Of a DNA stretch of 64,000 bases, positions 52,748 through 64,000 are shown piece after piece (the stretch's first letter is position 1; each line of letters starts with the position of its first letter). The stretch is taken from the NCBI GenBank assembly GCA_951406725.2, contig OX597831.1, positions 61,814,001-61,878,000 on the forward strand. Reading direction: 5' to 3'. Below the pieces are notes generated by a model that saw only the letters and a list, made by a program, of their open reading frames with translations, did no database searches and was not told the origin of the DNA. The position numbers and the translations under genes are program-made. The DNA comes from Octopus vulgaris. Its lineage: Eukaryota.

Positions 52748-53842
52748 ATGTACGTGTGTATGTGTGCGTTTGTATATATACATATATATACATGTGTGTG
52801 TATATGTGTGAATATGTACGCGTGTATGTGCGCGTTTGTATATATATATATATACATACATGAGTGTGTGTGCGTGCGTGCGTGCGTGTCTGTGTGAGAC
52901 AGATGTACTGAATTGATATAAATTGGTATATATAAAGAGATCGTGTGACTAATGTACTTTTTATGTTAATGTGTTTTCGACATTATTTATTAGTATTTTT
53001 TTTATCTTTAATAAATCTATTTTATTTATTACACTTGCCAACTACTGTGTGAACAGTTCTGATGATAACAGATATTCCTAGAAAGTTTACCATTGTATAT
53101 TGATACAATATTACCAACTGACGTAACATCAATTGCTACATGGAAACTGACTTTAATGGGTAAAGTACGATGAAAGAAATCAAATCAGACTTACCTGATT
53201 AGATCTGATTTTATTTCGTTACGGACATTAACACATATAATAATTCCATTTGCACAAATACAATACTTCTTTTGAAAAGGTAGAATGCACAGGTAATTCG
53301 TCTGATTGCATTTTATTAATGATGCTTATTGTATTAGTATTACTGTGACGAAAAGTAAAATTAATCCTGGCATGGCTCGAACACAAAATTGCAAATGATC
53401 GTACTTGCTGTTGTAAAGTGTCTAATTCTTACAATTTCCAACGAGAACGTGTAAGACATTTGTTTCAAGCTCTACTTAAGATGCTTTTCCCCTATTAACG
53501 GGCATGCTAGAACTAGCAGCCAAAGCTCCTTTAAATTAATTATAATTGCCTCCAGAAAGATCAGAAAGATAAGAGAGAACAGACACAATGGACAATATTG
53601 TCTAGACACATTAAGAAATATTGAATGTTCGTTTTATGATTTAGGCCGAAAGAAAATGACTCATAGATATATCGTGAGAACAACTGTTAAAGAGGAAAAA
53701 TCAAGTAGATCTGCACAAACATCTATCCATTGTCTTGTCTGATTTTCAGCCTGATGAATTGATCACATAATTTACATTGTCAGAAACAGGTTAAATACAA
53801 TCTTACAACGAGTAAAGTTGAGCTCGGCGGAATTAATATATC

Positions 53843-54076
53843 TTATTTCTTTATTGCCCACAAGGGGCTAAACATAGAGAGGACAAACAAGGACAGACAA
53901 ACGGATTAAGTCGATTACATCGACCCTAGTGCGTAACTGGTACTTAATTTATCGACTCCGAAAGGATGAAAGGCAAAGTCGAACTCGGCGGAATTTGAAC
54001 TCAGAACGTAACGGCAGACGAAATACCGCTAAACATTTCACCCGGCCTGCTAACGATTCTGCCAGCTCACCGCCTT
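53843..54076 (-). mobile_element. SINE family B
   Basis: Homology to family B copies. Confidence 0.9.
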
Positions 54077-54929
54077 AAAATATCATATATTATACAACTA
54101 AACACCGCCAGGAATGTTATCAATAACTAAAGCGACTCTGCCAAACCTCGCCAGTAGGTTTATAAATGCTAGAAAATGAATGAAGATTGCCGAGGACAGT
54201 CAATTATAGATGGTTGCCGGTTTGTGGTAAGGTTTATAAGATTATATAAAAAAGAGAGGGAATGAACGAATGATTTTTTGGAAGCAATTTATTCGGAGAT
54301 GCTATCGCTGGATAAAGGGTATTTAATTGAGCATTAATTTATCTAAAATAAAGAGTGATATTTAAATGTGGGGGAAAATAACATATTAGCTAATGACTAA
54401 TATTGTTCTCATATATTTAGCTAGTATAGCAGACAAATCTGAGCATGTCATAGCTTAATATCACCTAAGCAACGAAGCATAGCTTCTATAGTAAATGCTG
54501 AATCAGTGGTTCATTAAGTAAATTTATAAGTAAATTTAAGACTAATTAAGTAAATTTATAAACTTCTACACTTGTTGAAATAGAAAAAATAGCTTTTCTT
54601 GTCATCGATCTTGACCTAAAGTTTTCTTCATTTTGATTTATAATCATTATTATAAAGATATTATATCACGATCATTATCACTTCGCTCTGCAAAATCGGC
54701 GAATATACTATAGAAATTTAAATCATAGAAGTTTCCTAAACATGTAAAACACGCAGGACAATTCAACGATTAATATTTCAGAATCTAAACATACTATAGA
54801 TTTCTAATCAGAAATAAGATAACATGAAAGCAAATAAAAGAATCTTGCCATTTTTACTACGTTATAAAGATTATGACAAGATGGCATCGGACAAAGCTTC
54901 TGACATCATAACTGAAGAAATAACATATG

Positions 54930-56150
54930 AATAAGGTATCTTCTAAGTGCTTCACTCCTGAACCATCAGAAAAAATAATTGGCAGGGGATGAAAACCATA
55001 CATTTAGGCATATCCATTCACATTTCCCACACGACAAAATCTGAGTTACCCAACTTCCCCAAGTGATTTATTCGTATCTGCTTTTCAATAGTTCGGGAAG
55101 AACTCAGTCTTACAATGCCAGGAGAAGCATACTTATACCATCAAACTAAGTGGCGTACATCCGTCAGCACAACTCCTGTAAGACAATTATCCATGAGGCA
55201 AATGAGCCTTTGAACTACACATATATCGCAAGGTCTACTTATTTAATAAACTGTAGCCGATCCTTCAGGTCCCTTGAGAAAAAGGTCTCCAACCCCACTG
55301 CCATGTCCTCATTTTTATTCTCTTCTAAACAATAGAGGATATGTAAGTAGTATCCCGTTAAAGAAATTTGCCTTCGCTGCCTGTTTTACATCCAATTCCA
55401 CGCTAAACACTCTTGGTCAATACCCTCCAAAAGCTCTCCTTCCAAATTTATTGCCTCTCTATCTCCCTTACATTCTTATATATCAAGTCTGGAAATAACT
55501 CCAGTTGCTTAATACAAACAAGGCCACCAACCAACTCTGATAATGTCCTTTCCATTGCACTTAAGCATTACGACCCAGAACGTAGCTCTCTACTAACCGA
55601 ACACTGATTTATTACACTTTAAATGAATATAATCCTGATACTTGAAAGAACGATTCAGGGTCTCCAATTCCAAAAAAGCCAACCCTCCACTTCGACCCAA
55701 CCAAATATCGCTCAAATGTAAGAGAAGCAAAAACTAAACATGATGTTCCCCAACGCATTGATACTTTCTCCTAAATAATTACAGTAAAACTTCTACTAAG
55801 CTATAGTTGCTGATAAAACACCAGTGAGATCTCATATTAGAGAGTTCTGTAAATGCAATGTTATGGCTCTAGAGCTCAGCAATCCTTCAGCCGTTTTTGG
55901 TATGCAATTATCCATCCAATCTTCCATGCTATGCGCTATACCCGTCACTTTGTGCTTTCTTGACGCTCTACCCTTTTACATCAGACCTGTAATGGTATCT
56001 GCTCGTCTCATGTACAAACAACCCACCTGTCATTGAAACTCTCGTAAAATTCTTTGCTTCCAACACCTATCAGCATCTCAATGAGTATTATGTCTTTTCT
56101 CCCGAGGACACTGAACTTCACCTGAAATATTCACCCTGGTCATAGTTTGC
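54930..56150 (-). mobile_element. Possible very old LINE RT remnant
   Basis: Minus-strand SYVLGRNA*VQWKGHYQSW resembles the RT segment preceding the QG motif; otherwise heavily decayed. Confidence 0.25.
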
Positions 56151-56309
56151 TTGCAGGTGATGGCTAGTAACGGTTTTAAAGGAAAATTAACAGCGTCAAC
56201 CTCATATATGCCAGTGGACTTATAAGGTTCATGCATGTCATCTCTTTCACCAGATTAAGCAAGTACAAAATATGATTGAGCGTATATGTTGTCACTCTTC
56301 AGTTATATA

Positions 56310-56545
56310 TCATCATCATCATTGTCCGACCGTGGTCGAGACAATGGAATTTACTATGTTACGCCAGACTTCACGGTCCATCATAGCATTACGGAGGTCC
56401 TGTTGCTGGATGCCTGTATCCCTGAAGATTACATCAGGGTAGGAGAGTGTGCTCCCTCTGGTATCGCAAGAAGATTGCTTCCAGAGGAGAAGAGTAGAAG
56501 TTACTGGACTCTTCTACCTTTCACAAGAGATGATACAGGTAATAA
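56310..56545 (-). mobile_element. 3' end of RTE-like LINE
   Basis: Reverse complement of 12150-12435 (with deletions); (ATG)n tail. Confidence 0.85.
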
Positions 56546-57659
56546 TTTCGCATATATTTGTACTTTGGTTAGAAATAGCAACCACATTATCCCTAAAATA
56601 AACCAGGGTATATAGAAGATAATATGTCTTAATGCAAAACAGGGTAGTCATGAAGTGAATGCTTCAAGCAAATGTCTTTTTGATTTGCTTTTGTAAGAGG
56701 CAAAAACACTGCAACAACGTTGAACTAAGATTAGAAATATGAAAAGCTAAGGCAAAATTATTATTCTTAAATATTAACATAAATAAGAACTCACATTTGT
56801 CTGTTACTGATTTAAGATGATACTTGTTTCATACATAGTCGATAGACAACCTTTTATAAGATTGATTAGTATATAATCTACTTGACACCTATTAGGAAGC
56901 TTAGTGCTAGACGGTGTGATTGAAATTTGATGAAGATTTATTATTAGAGAATATTAGATGACAGACGTTCGGAAAAGAAGACACACCTTACATCGAGTGA
57001 GGAATTAGTCATTCATAATTTACAACTAGTGAGTTTCACAGTTTGTACAACTTGAAACATTAATTTTGTATACGTAGAAAGGTGTTCAAGTATAGTGTGG
57101 TAGTAATATACCATCACAGGTTGCAGTCAGCTACATTAGGGTGATAAGAAACAGTTATGTCTGAGGAAGATAACATTTCATGCCTCGTTTAGCTTGGGAT
57201 ATCGTATTGATCACACCATCCATTACAAAAGACGCGCGTTCAAAACACCAGTTTGTTTCTAAGGAATCAGATTAGTTCCATAATTTAGATCCTTGACACA
57301 CAATATAATACTAAATATACGTTAAAGCTGCAGGTGAAACAAAACATCTCTTTGTTAATTGTACTGAAAGAAGCTCTTTGTTTCATCGCGGGTGCTAGTT
57401 ACCCAATAAGAGCACTTTCCCTGTGCTTTCTCTTTGTCCATCCAATCAACTCGGCCGTAAACATACGAGGCAGCAAGAAATTTCTTATGCTGCTGGTTGA
57501 CTTTCAAGAGACGGTAGCCAAAATTCTCCTCAAATGATTTCCTACCGTTCTAAAGCATATTAAGTAGATTGGATAAAGTAATGATAAATATCATGTGGTA
57601 AAGTAATGAATCACAGGAAAGAGAACAGTTGAGTCTCAGCTTCAATGCCAATCAAACTA

Positions 57660-58600
57660 TTCGCCTTAGGATAAGGCTTTGACATCAAAGCATTCCGTCT
57701 CTCCATCAGGAGTGATCACTTTCGCTCTGGTGTTCCCATACAGCTTATTGCTCTCAGAATTCTTGGTGGAATATCATATGCTTTAAGTATCCTCATCATC
57801 ATTCCTCTATGTACTGAATCAAAAGCCTTTTTAAAGTCTACATAGATAAAATCAAAGCGTTCCTGTTATCATTCTTATATCCTTCTATTAGTCTTCTAAG
57901 TGCGACAGTGTGAAATGTTGCTGAGCGTCCTGATCTGAATCCATTTTGATTTGGTCGCAATTGTTTGTCTATCTTATGTTGTATTCGGTTAAGTATCATC
58001 TTATTGACCATTTTTGCAACAGTGGAAGGCAGACTGATCCCTCTGTAATTCCCAGTATCACGTAGGTCTCCAGTTTTGGGCAGGGGATGTAAGTCTTTCT
58101 CAGACCATTGTTCTGGCTTCACATTATCATTTAGTAGTTTGTCTGTAATTTCAAGGATGATGTCTAAATCACATCATTTTATTACTTCTGGTAAGATGTA
58201 GAGATGAATGTACCATTTCTTGATTTTCTCGTCCTTTTATTTCCCTTTGAGAATTCCCTGTTTTGCAGCTTTGCTATTCGTGACGGAGTTAATCGACCTC
58301 CAGCTTTCGCTATGCCTACTCTTTGCGTCTGCATTTTCGACCTGGGAAATCATTTCATCCACTTCCTCTTCTTGAATCTCTTGATACACATGTTTTAGGC
58401 CCTCTTTCTTTCTTTGTAAAATTTGTTTAGTATCGTTGTTGGTAAGTGTTGCTAGTTGCTGAATGCCTCTTGTACTTCACTGCATGCTATTTTCTACCCT
58501 GAGATGATCCCCTTCTTTATCGGTATCAGTTTTGCTGCCGCTTCTTCATTTGTTTGCACAAACTTGCAATATTGCTCTATAACAGTATCCTTGTTGTTCA
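57660..58600 (-). pseudogene. RTE-like reverse transcriptase fragment
   Basis: PLPKTGDLRDTGNYRGISL...LRPNQNGFRSGRS, then DFKKAFDSVHR. Confidence 0.85.
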
Positions 58601-58749
58601 AATCTCAGTGTTCCCAATTAAAATCTAATGAGACGAGAGATACATATTACAATGGGAATGACTTTGTAATACGAGATCTACTAAAAGTAACGCTGAAGAT
58701 ACAGCATAGAAGGATGAGGCTAGCTGGACAATGCATCAGGAGTGAGAGC

Positions 58750-59125
58750 AGAACATTTTCCAATCGACGTCGGATGTAGAGGGTTCGTTGGACACAGTAT
58801 GAGACGACTGTTGTTATCGCTAGGCCTAACACATCCTAAAGTCAATACCATCATGACCGATATCCAATCTACAGTGGATAAGGCTAGCCACTGGATTTGG
58901 TTAAGAAGAGACGATGAGCGATGGCTAGAAGGATATTGAGCTTATTTGATAACCAGCTGATCTAGCAAGCGGTGCCTCATATCAGTGAGGGGGGGCGGTG
59001 CGCATTGATGCCGTCGAGAGTTAGGCCCCGAAACGGCGCGCATTCTCTCCTGATGACCCCATACACTTGCTGGCTTCTGGTATGCAGAGTTTTTGACTGG
59101 TAGCACTTGCAAGACATGTGGATGA
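58750..59125 (+). mobile_element. 3' end of Hero/NeSL-like (RLE-clade) non-LTR retrotransposon
   Basis: FPIDVGCRGFVGHSMRRLL...KASHWIWLRR is characteristic of Hero-type C-termini. Confidence 0.7.
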
Positions 59126-59889
59126 TTGGCGTTACATGCAGTATATTGTCTGTCGATCATTGCCAGATGGGATTTTATTTTTATTTTTAAAATATGGTAG
59201 TCCTTTGAAGAATATTACTAAATAAATACGAGCAAACATTTACATTTATGAATTGGAAAGTCTTCCTCCGCTGAAATTAGTATCAATATCACTGCTGTAG
59301 CACACAATAATACCGGAGTAAAGTACTATATATTCACAGACACAATTTTTTGGAATAAGCCTAGGCCTTGTGACGTCAAATTTTGTAAACAAGTTCAAAA
59401 AAACTCGATTACAATCAAATCAAAATATAAACATAGTAAATATATATCATGCTGAAATACATTTAAATTTCTAAAATGTCTGTGCTTATATACAAATATA
59501 CAAATTCTTATATATATATATACTTACGTATCTACACTTGTGCGTGCATGTGTGTATGTACATGTAAACAGACGAGTGTGTACGTATGAATATATGCATG
59601 AGTATGCATGTGCATACATATGACCATAACTGCATCAATAAAAAGCAAGTCATGATATGTATACTAAGTTGAAAATACATAATATTCGAATCTATTTCCT
59701 TTATGAATAGAATGTCTAGCGAAATGCGAATAAACAAACATGGCTTATAGCTAGGCTTGGAATTAAGCTTATAAATTCTCCTGACACCGCAGCAGACAAT
59801 CAGATCCAAATTGAATTCATCAATGAGTTCTATAAAGAAGAAAAGGGGCACACACACACATCAACATTATATATATATATGTATATATA

Positions 59890-60020
59890 CAGGGTGTCCC
59901 CAAAAAATGTATACACACCTTAAATAATTGTAAATGTGTTATTATTTGTAAGCCTAGTACTTATTCTATCGTTCTCTTTTGCCGAACTATTTTGTGTATA
60001 CATTTTTTGGGGACACCCTG
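59890..60020. mobile_element. 131-bp Tc1/mariner-type MITE
   Basis: Perfect 28-bp TIR CAGGGTGTCCCCAAAAAATGTATACACA; TA flanks. Confidence 0.9.
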
Positions 60021-62385
<2,365 letters not shown>

Positions 62386-62850
62386 ATTTAGCAATTAAGG
62401 ACAACTACTTAATAAGGAAAACTTTATATAAATTAATATGTTCAATAAGAAATAATTATTTTCGAAATTTTTTCTTTTATGAGGTTTTCACGCTATCTAC
62501 CTGACAATTTGTTGTTAAGTTTTCCTTATTAAGTAGTTGTCCTTAATTGCTAAATTTTTATTCCGAAAAAACTTTACCTTTCCCGAAATGCAATTCGTAA
62601 AAGTCGGCCATTTACCGGATGTAATATATGTAAACTCACCCATGTGCTTCGTTGAAGTTGATCAGTTAGCTGATCGGCTTGAGCGAGACAGGGTCGTTTA
62701 TGTATGATACATCCAGGCCTGCTGATGAATACGTAAGTATGAAATCACTGTGATACATGTCTATATTTTTTAAATGTCTTACATTGAAAAATTGCATTCG
62801 GTGGGATTAGTAATATTTTTGGTAGAAATGACTAATTGTCCCTCTTAGCG
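62386..62850 (+). mobile_element. pLTR-like insert with a 39-bp perfect inverted repeat and a hammerhead
   Basis: 62386-62424 pairs perfectly with 62517-62555; hammerhead at 62715. Confidence 0.7.
62715..62762 (+). ncRNA. Minimal type-I hammerhead motif
   Basis: AGGCCUG CUGAUGA AUAC guaa GUAU GAAA UCAC u GUGA UA CAUGUCU; GNRA loop, palindromic stem III, AUA site. Confidence 0.82.
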
Positions 62851-62948
62851 TGTGGAATGTATGTATAATGCCCTCTGGCATGTATGTATAATGCCCTCTA
62901 TATATAAATATATATGTATATATATATATGTATATATGTATATATATA

Positions 62949-63054
<106 letters not shown>

Positions 63055-63389
63055 ATATATATATGTATGTATTTATGTATGCATGTACTTTTGTAGTTTC
63101 ACTAGATTAAAAGACCTGGAAACATAAATCATAGCGAAGCACAAATGTTTTTCTTAAACATTTCGCCCATATTTAAGAAGCACAGGAAACCTTCTTTTGC
63201 TTGAGATGCAAGATAAATTCGAATCTAAGCAGATTATTTACACACCAAACAATTGAATAACAGACTGCGTAGTAGAGTATATATGCTGAATATTCACAGA
63301 ATTTCATTGTCTTCCATTTTCTGTCTACGTCAAAACGAATATCTGCTTCTCTATATAATTTCACATACGCACGCGCGTGCATATAAGAT

Positions 63390-63510
63390 AGGGTACCCAA
63401 AACAAACCGGAATTTTGCAATATTATTTTATTCATTTAGTTTTACATGTTTACACTTTTATCGCCTTCAAAGTATTCTCCATTTGAAGCAATGCATCGGT
63501 ACAGATGTTG
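63390..63510 (-). mobile_element. Mariner 3' end fragment
   Basis: RCIASNGEYFEGDK C-terminus followed by terminal sequence. Confidence 0.6.
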
Positions 63511-63561
63511 TGTTCTGTTTGATTTTTCTTAATACTAATAGATTTTGCATGTTTAATTCCC

Positions 63562-64000
63562 TTAATTTATGAGTAGAATTGGGTAGTGCTTCTCCTGAAG
63601 TACCTTTTTAAGCTCTTGTAATCTTTTGGTATTTTTTCGGATACTATGGTGCAGATCCTTCTTGCAAGGTTGAAAGGGGATATTCGTTTTGATATGTCTC
63701 GGGTGAAATGAGCTAAATAGTAGGTATTGTTTAGCGTCTGTGAACTCGTAAAAACTGTCCGTTTCTATTTTTTGGTTTATTTGTATAATCAGTATGTCAA
63801 GGAATGGGAGTTCCGCGCGGCTGTGTTCTATTGTGAATTGTATGTTGGTGTTAATGTTATTGAGAAATCTTTTGAAATCCAGGAATTTATCTATGTTTAA
63901 ATTGCAGAGGATGAAGCAGTTGTCCAAAAAATCTTTTCCGGTTGTACTTTTAAGTATTTTTATGTATTGGAACAGAGTGTTTCCAAATTTTGAAAATGAC
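63562..64000 (-). pseudogene. Penelope-like reverse transcriptase fragment (runs off the window)
   Basis: DNCFI...LNNINTNIQFTIE...LPFLDILI...YLLFSSFHPRHIKTNIPF. Confidence 0.88.

Noticed and set aside
53055-53095. CTGATGA...GAAA spacing
   Set aside because: No stem II pairing and no UH cleavage site

Overview
AT-rich, repeat-saturated eukaryotic DNA with no host gene that I can support, so intergenic or deep intronic. The SINE families and very heavy (TA)n/(CA)n/(TAA)n load suggest an octopus or other coleoid cephalopod (inference). The window is a mosaic of three tRNA-like SINE families, decayed LINEs (R4/Dong-like, RTE-like, Tx1-like, CR1-like, Hero-like), Penelope-like element (PLE) fragments (GIY-YIG and RT), a full-length dead mariner, a Tc1 fragment, Merlin-like and Tc1-like MITEs and two non-autonomous Helitrons. 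The main hidden signal is RNA structure. About nine type-I hammerhead ribozyme motifs from several unrelated sequence families sit in short inserts, mostly embedded in (TA)n tracts and often in fold-back arrangements. One carries a compensated U3-A8 core inside a 362-bp terminally redundant unit that looks like a retrozyme/circular-RNA-derived copy. All folds were done by eye, and repeat boundaries are approximate unless a TSD or TIR is quoted.
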